This document shows positions 44,319 to 52,771 of a DNA stretch of 64,000 nucleotides, piece by piece. The DNA is taken from positions 22,434 to 86,433 of the IMG/VR virus record IMGVR_UViG_2840949845_000002; one strand, 5' to 3'. The position numbers were made by a program, and so were the translations under genes. This DNA is from a virus. Lineage: Duplodnaviria > Caudoviricetes. Under the pieces are notes generated by a model. It was not told where the DNA came from. It worked only from the letters and a program-made list of their open reading frames with translations, and did not search any database. Numbering within the stretch: position 1 is the first letter of the stretch; each line of letters starts with the position of its first letter.

Positions 44319-45534
44319 AGTTTCGCCCCTGTCGCTGCCGCCCGACCAAGCCCTTCGTTTTTTCCGCGACAAAATCACGGAAGGCTCGTTCGATCATCGG
44401 GACATCTTTGGTGGTCTGCACGCAACCTATTTCACGGTGGCCAAGGCGATGGAGTTGGATGTGCTGGAGGCCATCCGAACCGCCACCGACGCCGCCATGG
44501 CCGAGGGTCAAACCAAGGAGCGCTTCGCCGCCGATCTGACGCCCACCCTGCAAAAGCTTGGCTGGTGGGGCGCGCAGGTTCGCGTCGATCCCTTGGACGG
44601 GCAAGAAAAGCTGGTCCAGCTCGGCAGCGCGCGGCGGCTGGCCACCATCTATGACACCAACCTGCGCACCGCCTACTCCGCCGGGCGCTGGGAGCGCATC
44701 CAGTCCCGCAAGGACAGCCGCCCCTGGCTGCGCTATGTCTGCGTCCTGGATGGCCGCGAACGCCCGCAACACCGGGCATGGCACGGCACGGTGTTGCGGG
44801 TGGATGATCCGTGGTGGCGCACCCACTACCCGCCCTGCGGTTGGTTCTGCCGCTGCTCGGTGCAGCAGCTCTCCGACGATGATCTGACCCGATTGGGGCT
44901 TGAGCCGTCCGCGCGGGCGCCCGATCTGAAAAACCAGCCCTGGACCAACCCGCGCACGGGGGCCACCGTCCAACTGCCCGACGGGATTGATCCGGGCTTC
45001 GGTCACAATGTCGGGCTTGCAGCCGATCAGGCCGCGCGCGTGCGGCTGATCGAAAAGCTCGACGCAACCGATCCGCCCTTGGCGGCGGGCGTCGTCGGCG
45101 ACGGGATGAAAAGCGTGGCCTTCGTCGACTTCTTGCGTGAAGGCGCCAACCGGCTGGGTGATTGGCCGGTTGGCGTCCTGGCGCCCGGCCTCGCCGCTGA
45201 CGCCATGGCGCTGAAGGTGCGGGTGGTGCGGTTGTCCCGCGACAGCGCCGACAAGCAGGCGCGCAACCACAAAGACATTGGGGCCGCCGACTATCAAGGG
45301 CTGGCCGCCGTCTTGCGGTCGGACAAGACGCCGCTCCCCGCCAACAAACCTCGGCACTGGGCGCTGACGGGCGAGCACAACGGCAAAATTTACAAGACGA
45401 TCATCAAGACGGCGCGGTTTGGACGCGAGGCTTTCCTGCAATCCTTCCACGTCATTGACGCGGCGGAGCTTGCCCGCATCGAATTGCGCGGTTGGGCCGC
45501 CGTCGATCCCGGCCCGGAGGGTATGGTGATGTGA
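44311..45534 (+). CDS. MuF/gp30 minor head protein with C-terminal PBECR-like nuclease extension
   Basis: RLATIYDTNLRTAY...DGRERPQH...YPPCGWFCRC (MuF); C-terminal KQARNHKDI...YKTIIKTA...FLQSFH. Confidence 0.85.
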   Translation: MAKVSPLSLPPDQALRFFRDKITEGSFDHRDIFGGLHATYFTVAKAMELDVLEAIRTATDAAMAEGQTKERFAADLTPTLQKLGWWGAQVRVDPLDGQEKLVQLGSARRLATIYDTNLRTAYSAGRWERIQSRKDSRPWLRYVCVLDGRERPQHRAWHGTVLRVDDPWWRTHYPPCGWFCRCSVQQLSDDDLTRLGLEPSARAPDLKNQPWTNPRTGATVQLPDGIDPGFGHNVGLAADQAARVRLIEKLDATDPPLAAGVVGDGMKSVAFVDFLREGANRLGDWPVGVLAPGLAADAMALKVRVVRLSRDSADKQARNHKDIGAADYQGLAAVLRSDKTPLPANKPRHWALTGEHNGKIYKTIIKTARFGREAFLQSFHVIDAAELARIELRGWAAVDPGPEGMVM

Positions 45535-45633
45535 TTGGGCGGTCGGGAAGGCTCCCCCCGGAAATGGATACCGGCCTCTTCCACGCGCCCTGTCGGCTAC
45601 GGCTGGGAGTTTCACCGTGTTTCGACCGCCCAA
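45535..45633 (+). ncRNA. Candidate structured, pseudoknotted RNA directly after muF
   Basis: ttgggcggtcg 45535-45 pairs with cgaccgcccaa 45623-33; internal hairpins; ctccc 45552-56 is complementary to the loop gggag 45605-09. Confidence 0.5.
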
Positions 45634-45789
45634 ACCCACTGTAGCGCCGGAGCGGCCCGTCGGCAAGATCAGCGGGCCTTCTGGAAAGGCCGCCAAGCAC
45701 GATCTTGGGCGCTTGGGCTACCCGCGTGCCGGAAAAATCCTTTAACGCGTTTTTTAACGCCTTTCCGGCCCGTTTCAGGGGCGCCCGAC

Positions 45790-45809
45790 CGCCGCATCCA
45801 CCACCATTA
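45790..45809 (+). promoter_or_regulatory. Late promoter motif copy 2 (PI-like)
   Basis: Exact 20-bp copy of 37588-37607 upstream of the protease/head operon. Confidence 0.7.
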
Positions 45810-45841
45810 TGGCGGCGGTTCCCTGGACGCATGATGCGTCC

Positions 45842-46978
45842 ATGAATTCCCCCCGCCCCATCCAGCCGCATCCGGCGCTCCGTCTGTCGATGGCCTCCAG
45901 TTCGGGGGCCGCCGACGTCGTCGCCTTTTCCGTCCTGGTGTCGAGCCTGCCCGAACTCGCGTCGGCGACGTCGGGTTGGATCAAGCTGGCGCCGCTTGGC
46001 GTGGTGTGTGGCCGGGATGGCCGGGGGCCTTACAATTTCGGAAACCAAACGCAGGCCGCCGCCATCGTCGCGGCGTCCAAGGCCTACGCTGGGCCGACCG
46101 ATCCGTTGATCGACTACGACCACGCCTTCGATTTGTCCGCCAGCCGTGGGCTTGGCAACGCCCCCGCCGCCGGGTGGATCAAGGATCTCGATGTGCGCGC
46201 CGACGGGATTTACGCGCGGGTCGAATGGACGAAGGCCGCCGCCGTCAAGATGAAGCGCGGAGAATACCGCTACGTCAGCCCGACCTTCAATCACGCCGCC
46301 GACGGCACAGTGGTCCGCATTCTTCGCGCGGGCCTGACGAACCACCCGAATTTCAACCTTCCCGCCCTTGCTGCCGCAACCCCACACCAGGAGCCTGTGA
46401 TGGACCCCACCCTTGCGGCGCTGTGCGCCGCGCTGGGAATGCCGGTCGGGACGGACGTGAACGCGGCGATCAGCCGTGTTCACGCCCTGACCGCCGCTTC
46501 CGCCGCCGCCCGCGCCGATTTCGACCGCATCGCCACCGCCGCCGGGCTGTCCGTCGGCGCCGAACCCACGGCCATCGCCGCCGCCGTCTCCGCCGATCCC
46601 GACCCCAAGGCGTGGGTGCCGATGGCGACCTACACCGCCGCCGCCGCCACCCTGGCCGAGTTGCAAGGCCAGACGCTGGAGCGGGAAGCGACCGCCGCCG
46701 TCGATAAGGCGGTGACGGAGGGTAAGGTCGCGCCCGCCACCCGTGAGCATTTCCTCAAGGTGTACCGCGCCGACCCGTCGGGCTGGACCGCCTTCGCGGC
46801 GGCTTTGCCGGTGGTGGTGCCACCGGGCAAGACGGCGGGGGGCGGCGTTTCCGGCCAGCCGTCCGGCGGTTCCGTGACGGGCGCGCTGGATGACGGGCAG
46901 AAATCCGTCCTGGCCATGATGGGCGTGGACCCGGCCAAGGCGGCCAAGGTCATGGAAGAGATGGGGTGGGCGTCATGA
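45842..46978 (+). CDS. Mu I-type prohead protease/scaffold
   Basis: GRDGRGP...IDYDH...APAAGWI...EYRYVSPTF...AGLTNHPN; Ala-rich scaffold tail; start uncertain. Confidence 0.85.
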   Translation: MNSPRPIQPHPALRLSMASSSGAADVVAFSVLVSSLPELASATSGWIKLAPLGVVCGRDGRGPYNFGNQTQAAAIVAASKAYAGPTDPLIDYDHAFDLSASRGLGNAPAAGWIKDLDVRADGIYARVEWTKAAAVKMKRGEYRYVSPTFNHAADGTVVRILRAGLTNHPNFNLPALAAATPHQEPVMDPTLAALCAALGMPVGTDVNAAISRVHALTAASAAARADFDRIATAAGLSVGAEPTAIAAAVSADPDPKAWVPMATYTAAAATLAELQGQTLEREATAAVDKAVTEGKVAPATREHFLKVYRADPSGWTAFAAALPVVVPPGKTAGGGVSGQPSGGSVTGALDDGQKSVLAMMGVDPAKAAKVMEEMGWAS

Positions 46979-47730
46979 CGGCCTTGACCGCCCCGCGCGG
47001 GACGTTGGCGCGTTCGGGCGCGCTCCTGTCGGTCGCGCTCGCCGCCGCGACCAAAATCCAGGCGGGCGCGCTGGTCTGCGCCAACGCCTCCGGCTACGCC
47101 GTGAACGGCACGGCCATCGCCGGGCTGACGGCGCTGGGCCGGGCGGAGCAGACCATCGACAACAGCGCCGGAGCCGCTGGCGATGAACGGATCGACGTGT
47201 GTCCCGGCATTTTCCGCTGGAACAACGCGTCCAGCGGCGACGCCGTGACCTTGGCGGATCTCGGTCGGCACGCCTGGATCGTGGACAACCAAACGGTCGG
47301 ACGGACGCCGTCGGCCAGCCGCAGCCCCGCCGGTGTGGTGGTCGATGTGGATGGCGATGGGGTGTGGGTGCGCAGCGGCCCGGCGGTTCCGCGCCCGCAG
47401 CGCTATGTCCTCCCGCTGGTCATCGCCAGCCTCACCGGCGCGGGCGTCTATCGGATCGTGGCCCCGGTCGCCGGAACCATCGTGGCGATCCGCTCGGTTC
47501 TGGCGGGCGCGCTCGCCACCGGCGACGCCACGGTGACGGCGTCCATCGGCGGCGTCGCCGTGACGGGCGGCGTCCTCACGATCACGCAGGCCGGGTCCGC
47601 CGCCGGTGACGTTGACGCCGCCCTGCCCACCGCCGCCAACGCCGTGTCTGTGGGCGACGTCATCGCCCTGACGGTGGGCGGCGCCAATTCGGCCAACGTC
47701 GGCGCGTCCGCGCTGATCGACATCGTTTGA
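46975..47730 (+). CDS. Head decoration-like protein with extra C-terminal beta domain
   Basis: MTALTAPR...GYAV...GRAEQTIDNSAGAAGD...DNQTV...GVWV; located between protease and capsid genes. Confidence 0.6.
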   Translation: MTALTAPRGTLARSGALLSVALAAATKIQAGALVCANASGYAVNGTAIAGLTALGRAEQTIDNSAGAAGDERIDVCPGIFRWNNASSGDAVTLADLGRHAWIVDNQTVGRTPSASRSPAGVVVDVDGDGVWVRSGPAVPRPQRYVLPLVIASLTGAGVYRIVAPVAGTIVAIRSVLAGALATGDATVTASIGGVAVTGGVLTITQAGSAAGDVDAALPTAANAVSVGDVIALTVGGANSANVGASALIDIV

Positions 47731-47743
47731 CCGGAGAGACAGC

Positions 47744-48637
47744 ATGGAAATCAATCGCGGCAATCTCCGCATGATCTATGTCGGGTTTCGCACCGACTTC
47801 CAGGGCGCTTTTACGGCGGTTGTCCCAACATGGCCCGCCATCGCCATGTCGGTCCCCAGCGCGACGCGGGAAAACCAGTATGGCTGGCTCGGCAAATTCC
47901 CGCGCATCCGCGAATGGATCGGCGACCGGGTGGTCAACAGCATCGCGGCGTCGGATTACACGATCCGCAACAAGGATTTTGAAGGCACGATTTCGCTCGA
48001 CCGGAACGACATCGCCGACGACCTGCTTGGCGTCTACAAGCCGATTGTCCAGGAGTTCGGTCGTTCGACCGCCACGCACCCCGACGAGCTGGCCTGGGGG
48101 CTTCTGACGCGGGGCTGGGACGCCGCCTGTTACGATGGCCAGCCCTTCTTCGACACCGATCATCCGGTTCTCGACGCGGCGGGCAAGGAAACCTTCTACA
48201 GCAACAGCGGCGGCGGCAACGGCGCGCCGTGGTTCTTGATCGACGACCGCCGGGTCATCAAGCCGGTGATCTATCAGGAACGTCAGACGTTCAACTTTGT
48301 GGCGCTCGACAATCCCGACGACGCCAACGTCTTCTTCAAGAAGCAATACATCTACGGCGTGGATGGCCGTTCCAACGTTGGGTTCAGCTTTCCTCAGCTT
48401 GCCTACGGCTCCAAGCAACCGCTGACCCTGACCAGCTTCGAGACCGGCTACGTCAACATGTCGTCGCTGAAGGCGGACTATGAGCGTCCGCTCGGCATCA
48501 AGCCGACCAAGCTTGTGGTTGGGGCGTCCAACATCAAGGCCGCCAACCTGATCGCCAACAGCGAGAAGCTTGACGGCGACGTCGTCAACCCCTGGAAAGG
48601 GTTGGTCACGGTCGTGTTGTCGGAGTGGCTGCCATGA
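47744..48637 (+). CDS. Major capsid protein (Mu gpT family)
   Basis: YGWLGKFPRIREWIGDR...CYDGQPFFDTDHPV...YGVDGR...PQLAYGSK. Confidence 0.92.
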   Translation: MEINRGNLRMIYVGFRTDFQGAFTAVVPTWPAIAMSVPSATRENQYGWLGKFPRIREWIGDRVVNSIAASDYTIRNKDFEGTISLDRNDIADDLLGVYKPIVQEFGRSTATHPDELAWGLLTRGWDAACYDGQPFFDTDHPVLDAAGKETFYSNSGGGNGAPWFLIDDRRVIKPVIYQERQTFNFVALDNPDDANVFFKKQYIYGVDGRSNVGFSFPQLAYGSKQPLTLTSFETGYVNMSSLKADYERPLGIKPTKLVVGASNIKAANLIANSEKLDGDVVNPWKGLVTVVLSEWLP

Positions 48638-49056
48638 CCCCGGCCATCCGCATCCGGGCGCGGTCGCCGCGCGGCCATTGCCGTTGCGGCGTCCGGCACC
48701 CGCCAACCCCGACGTTGCATCCGCCCGGCGCCTTCAGCCCCGAACAGGTCGATGTCCTGCTCGACGACCCCGCTTTGGTGGTTGAAGTGGTTGGCGAGCT
48801 GGCGATGGGCGCGCTCACGGGGTCGGAGATCGCCACGGTGATGGCGGACGTCCTTTTCCCGGATGGCGGCGTCTTGACCGGCTGGGAAGCGCACGCGCCC
48901 AACCCGCCGCCCACCGGCGCGCCCGAGGATGGGGCGGACGGTGGGGCAGACCAACCCGACGAAGCCGCCCCGCCAAGCGTCGATGAACCCGCGCCCGCCC
49001 CGGCGGTTGAGGACGCCCCGGCCCGCGCCCCGGTCCGCAAGGCGAAGGGAACCTGA
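48634..49056 (+). CDS. HI1506-like small head-associated protein
   Basis: GHCRCG...FSPEQVDVLLDDPALVVE. Confidence 0.55.
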   Translation: MTPAIRIRARSPRGHCRCGVRHPPTPTLHPPGAFSPEQVDVLLDDPALVVEVVGELAMGALTGSEIATVMADVLFPDGGVLTGWEAHAPNPPPTGAPEDGADGGADQPDEAAPPSVDEPAPAPAVEDAPARAPVRKAKGT

Positions 49057-49057
49057 C

Positions 49058-49498
49058 ATGCCCTATGCGAGCCTGTCCGATCTGATCGACCGCTACGGCG
49101 AGCCGCTGCTGCTGCAACACGCCGACCGGAACCGCGACGGCGTCGCCGACGAGGCGGTGATCGCGCGCGCCTTGGCCGACGCCGACGCGGAGATCGACGG
49201 CTGGCTGGCCAAGCGCTGCCCGGTCCCGGTCGATCCCCCGTCGCCCCGGCTGCGGGCGTTGGCGACGGAAATCGCGTGGTATCGGCTGCACCAGGACGGG
49301 GTTGATGAAAAGACCCCGGCCCGGCTGGCTTACACCGACGCCATCGCGTATTTGCGGCGGGTGTCCGAGGGGCAGGCCGACCTGCCCGGCGCGGTCGGTC
49401 TTGTCGGCTCCGCCCCGCCGTCCAGCGCGTCGCCCGGCGGCGCGCGCGTGGCCGGAGCCGAGCGCGTGTTCAGCCGCGACCGTTTGCGGGGGTTGTGA
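49058..49498 (+). CDS. Head-tail adaptor (Mu gp36, DUF1320)
   Basis: YASLSDLIDRYG...ALADADAEIDGWL...VFSRDRLRG. Confidence 0.85.
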   Translation: MPYASLSDLIDRYGEPLLLQHADRNRDGVADEAVIARALADADAEIDGWLAKRCPVPVDPPSPRLRALATEIAWYRLHQDGVDEKTPARLAYTDAIAYLRRVSEGQADLPGAVGLVGSAPPSSASPGGARVAGAERVFSRDRLRGL

Positions 49499-50067
49499 TG
49501 ACCGGCGCCCGCATCACCCTCACCGTCGAGGACAGCGGCCTGAACGCGCTGTTCGCGCGCCTGATCGCCGCCGGGGCCGACCTTGGTCCGGTCATGGCGG
49601 AAACCGCCGGAGACATGGAGGAAACCACCCGTCGCCGCTTTGACACGGGAAGCGGACCGGGCGGCGTCGCTTGGCCGCCCTCGGCGCGCGCCAAAAAGAC
49701 GGGCGGCAAGACCCTGGTGGACAGCGGCCAATTGGAGGCGTCCATCACGTCGCGTTCCTCGGCGATGGAGGCCGAGGTGGGCACCAACAAGGAATACGCC
49801 GCGCTTCATCAATTTGGCGGCGCCATCGACCGTCCGGCGCGCACCGTCGTCACCTATCGCACGGTCAAAGGAGCCATGAATCGCTTCCAAGACTGGCGGT
49901 TCGTGAAGAAGAGCCGCGCCAACTTCGCGGAAGAGCACGCCGTCGCCGGTCACAAGGCGGTCTACCCGGCCCGCCCGTTTCTGGGGATTGACGGCGCAGA
50001 CGAGGGGCGGATCGCCCGGTTGATCGAACGCCACCTTGCGCGCGCCATCGCCGGGGGTGTGGCGTGA
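49495..50067 (+). CDS. Virion morphogenesis protein (Mu gpG-like)
   Basis: TLVDSGQL..SI...VGTNKEYAALHQFGG...PARPFLGI. Confidence 0.85.
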   Translation: MMTGARITLTVEDSGLNALFARLIAAGADLGPVMAETAGDMEETTRRRFDTGSGPGGVAWPPSARAKKTGGKTLVDSGQLEASITSRSSAMEAEVGTNKEYAALHQFGGAIDRPARTVVTYRTVKGAMNRFQDWRFVKKSRANFAEEHAVAGHKAVYPARPFLGIDGADEGRIARLIERHLARAIAGGVA

Positions 50068-50498
50068 TCCGCCGCGCGTCCGTCGTCGCCCGCCTGAAGG
50101 CGCAAGCCCCGTCCTTGCGGCTGGTCGAGGGCCTCGCCCAGTTGGCGGCGCTGAAACAGAACCCGCCCACCAACGTCCAGCCCGCCGCCTATGTGGTGCC
50201 GGTGTCGGAGACAGCCAGCGACAACCGGCTGGCCAACGGCGTGGCCCAACGCAACGCCGTCACCTTCGGCGTGGTGTTGTGCGTCACCGATCTGTCCGAT
50301 CCGCGCGGGGTGGACGCGGGGGACGCGCTGGATCGTGCGCGGGGCGAAATCCGGGCGGCGCTGGTGGGGTGGACGCCCGAGGGCGCGGACGGCCCGGCGT
50401 TGTTTCTTGGCGGTGAAACCGTCGATTTGGACAGGTTCGGCGCGCTCTGGTGGATGGACCGCTTCCGCGCGACCGAGAGCATCAGGAGGATTGGATGA
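50064..50498 (+). CDS. Tail terminator-like protein
   Basis: PAAYVVP...ALVGWTP...LWWMDRF. Confidence 0.7.
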   Translation: MIRRASVVARLKAQAPSLRLVEGLAQLAALKQNPPTNVQPAAYVVPVSETASDNRLANGVAQRNAVTFGVVLCVTDLSDPRGVDAGDALDRARGEIRAALVGWTPEGADGPALFLGGETVDLDRFGALWWMDRFRATESIRRIG

Positions 50499-50692
50499 AG
50501 GACAACCCTACGCCGGGGCGCGGCGGCTGCTACGCGCTGGACGAGGCGACCAATCAGGTCGTTGACGCCTCCGCCCCCACCGCCGCCCCGGACAGCACCG
50601 CCGAAACGGCCAACGACGGCGCGACCACCGCCGAACCAACCATCGCCTCGACGCCGGAACCCGCGCGCCGTCGCCGTCCGCAGGAGCCTTGA
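50495..50692 (+). CDS. Small hypothetical protein
   Basis: AGGAGG RBS; GGCY motif; coupled. Confidence 0.5.
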   Translation: MKDNPTPGRGGCYALDEATNQVVDASAPTAAPDSTAETANDGATTAEPTIASTPEPARRRRPQEP

Positions 50693-50695
50693 GCC

Positions 50696-51943
50696 ATGGC
50701 TGACGAGCAGTATTACGACAAGCTGGCTTTGATGGTGAAGGCGGAAACGGCGTATGGCGAAGACGCTGGCCCAAGCTCCACGGCCAACGCCATCCTGGCC
50801 CAAAATGTCCGCATCAAGCCGATGGCGGCGGAACAGATCGAACGGAAATTCTACCGCAATTTCTGGGGCGCGCGCCCCAAGCTGCGCACCGGCAGGCACG
50901 TCACCTTCGACTATGAAATCGAAGCGGCGGGTTCCGGGACACCGGGCGTCGCTCCGGCCTACGCGCCGATCCTGCGCATGGGCGCGTTGGCGCAAACGGC
51001 GGTGGTTGGCTTGGCGACCATCGCCGCCACGGCGGTTCCGGCCAACGGGGCGTTGGGGCGCTTCACCTATGCCAAAACGACGAAATTCGACGGGGCGTAC
51101 AAGCGCGCCGTCACCCTGACCTGCACGACGGCGGGCGGCAGCGGCGTGGCCGCCTTCACCGTGTCCGCGCCGCAGACGCCCGGCGACGCCGCCTACAGCG
51201 TCACCGGCGTGGTGATGACCACCGCGTCCCCGTTCACGCTTCCCGGCGGCGCGGTCATCACGCCGAGCGCCATTTCCGTCAATTTCGCGCTCGGCGACGC
51301 ACTGACCATCGCCCTGACGCCGGAGCGCGTGCTGTACACCCCGGTCAGCGGCGGCGTGGAAAGCTGCACCACCTACGCCAACCTGGACGGCACGCTGCAT
51401 GTCGGTTTGGGCTGTCACGCTGAAATCGGCCTGAAAATCAGCAAAAAGGGCTTCCCGATTTGGAACGTGCAGTCGTGGGGCCTGTTCGTGCCGATCACGG
51501 CAAGCGGTCTGCCCACCGACTGCGATTATTCCGGCTTCAAGGATCCCGATGAAAGCGCGCCGGAGACGGTGCCGGTCTTCCGCCTGGACGGCTACGCCCC
51601 AGCCCTGTCGGAATTGACGATCCAGCTCGGCAACAAGGTCGGTTTGCGCCAGGTGGTGAACAGGCGGGGCATCCGCGTGTCGGGCCGCGACGCCACCGCC
51701 AGCCTGACCATCGACGCGCCGCCGTTGGCCGAGAAGGATTATTACGCGCTGGTGGACAGCAGCGCGACGGTTCCGCTGTGGGTGCGTCACGGCACGGTCG
51801 CGGGCAACCGGATCGACGTCGAGGCGACGGCGCAGTTGCAGGAAGTCGATCTGGCCGACGACGAAAACATCAAAACGCTTCAGATCAAGGCCGGGCTGCA
51901 ACCGACGCTGGGCAACGACGAAGTCGTCTTCTCCATCCTTTGA
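50696..51943 (+). CDS. Siphovirus tail tube protein with internal beta-rich insertion
   Basis: KAETAYGEDA...EIEAAGSGTPGVAPAY..IL...HGTVAGN...PTLGNDE. Confidence 0.75.
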   Translation: MADEQYYDKLALMVKAETAYGEDAGPSSTANAILAQNVRIKPMAAEQIERKFYRNFWGARPKLRTGRHVTFDYEIEAAGSGTPGVAPAYAPILRMGALAQTAVVGLATIAATAVPANGALGRFTYAKTTKFDGAYKRAVTLTCTTAGGSGVAAFTVSAPQTPGDAAYSVTGVVMTTASPFTLPGGAVITPSAISVNFALGDALTIALTPERVLYTPVSGGVESCTTYANLDGTLHVGLGCHAEIGLKISKKGFPIWNVQSWGLFVPITASGLPTDCDYSGFKDPDESAPETVPVFRLDGYAPALSELTIQLGNKVGLRQVVNRRGIRVSGRDATASLTIDAPPLAEKDYYALVDSSATVPLWVRHGTVAGNRIDVEATAQLQEVDLADDENIKTLQIKAGLQPTLGNDEVVFSIL

Positions 51944-51968
51944 TCCTTCTTAAAACGGGGTTTTCACC

Positions 51969-52307
51969 ATGTTCATCGTCTCGAAAAAGGCCGATCCCAC
52001 CACCTTCTGGGCCACCGTCACCGGCTACGCCCCCGCCACAAAGCCCGGCGCCGCCCGCGTCAAATTCGATTTCGACATCCATTTCAAGCTGATCGACACC
52101 AAGCAGGACGACAATCAAGTCACCGATTGGGAGTGGTTTGAGGAGCATGTGATCGACTGGAAACGGGTCGAGGATGGCGAGGGGGGGCCGCTGGAGTTCT
52201 GCGAAGAGAATTTGCGCGCCGCCCACGCGATGGAATGGGCGCGGCTGCCGATCATCCAAGCCTATTACCAGGAAGTCTCCGGCACGGCGCAACGCAAAAA
52301 AAACTGA
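51969..52307 (+). CDS. Tail assembly chaperone (G)
   Basis: Between tube and TMP; ends in the slippery sequence A AAA AAC before TGA. Confidence 0.75.
   Translation: MFIVSKKADPTTFWATVTGYAPATKPGAARVKFDFDIHFKLIDTKQDDNQVTDWEWFEEHVIDWKRVEDGEGGPLEFCEENLRAAHAMEWARLPIIQAYYQEVSGTAQRKKN
52298..52304 (+). other. -1 programmed ribosomal frameshift site (G/GT)
   Basis: Heptamer A AAA AAC; the -1 frame is open into the downstream DUF1799-like ORF. Confidence 0.75.
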
Positions 52308-52771
52308 TGGCCGCCGCGCGCTGGTGGGCGCGCGGCGGCAAACCGGCGACGGCCCCGCCGTCCGTCGGCGCGGCGAAGGTGGCAAGCGATCTTGCCGCCT
52401 TCGGCGCTCCACCGGAGTTGGTGGCGCGCTGGAACAAGGCGGCGGCGGGCGCGGGCCAGGACGGGGAAACGTCAAACTTTCTCGTCCGCCCGGATTGCTG
52501 GCGCGCCGTTCGGTTGTTTTGCGCCCTGGAAACCCAATGGCATTGGGTCGGGTTGGGCCTCGTCGGGGCAAGCCGCACCGGCTTGCGCTATGAGGCCGTC
52601 GAGATCACGGCGAGGCTGTCGAAAATGACCTTGAACCCCGCGCTGTTCACCGATCTTCGCGTCATGGAACATGCCGCGCTGGACGAACTGGCGATGGCGG
52701 CCCGCGAAGACGCGCGTCGGGAGCGCGCCCAACCGGGCAAGGCTGGCAAGAAGAGGGGCAAGCGGTCGTGA
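52307..52771 (+). CDS. DUF1799-like chaperone (T part of G-T)
   Basis: V.PDCWRAVRLF..LETQW...TGLRYEAV...DLRVMEHAAL. Confidence 0.75.
   Translation: MAAARWWARGGKPATAPPSVGAAKVASDLAAFGAPPELVARWNKAAAGAGQDGETSNFLVRPDCWRAVRLFCALETQWHWVGLGLVGASRTGLRYEAVEITARLSKMTLNPALFTDLRVMEHAALDELAMAAREDARRERAQPGKAGKKRGKRS

Noticed and set aside
45535-45834. 99 aa ORF as the MuF immunity protein
   Set aside because: TTG start inside the stem, low-complexity basic sequence, spans the late-promoter motif; not convincing, though not formally excluded
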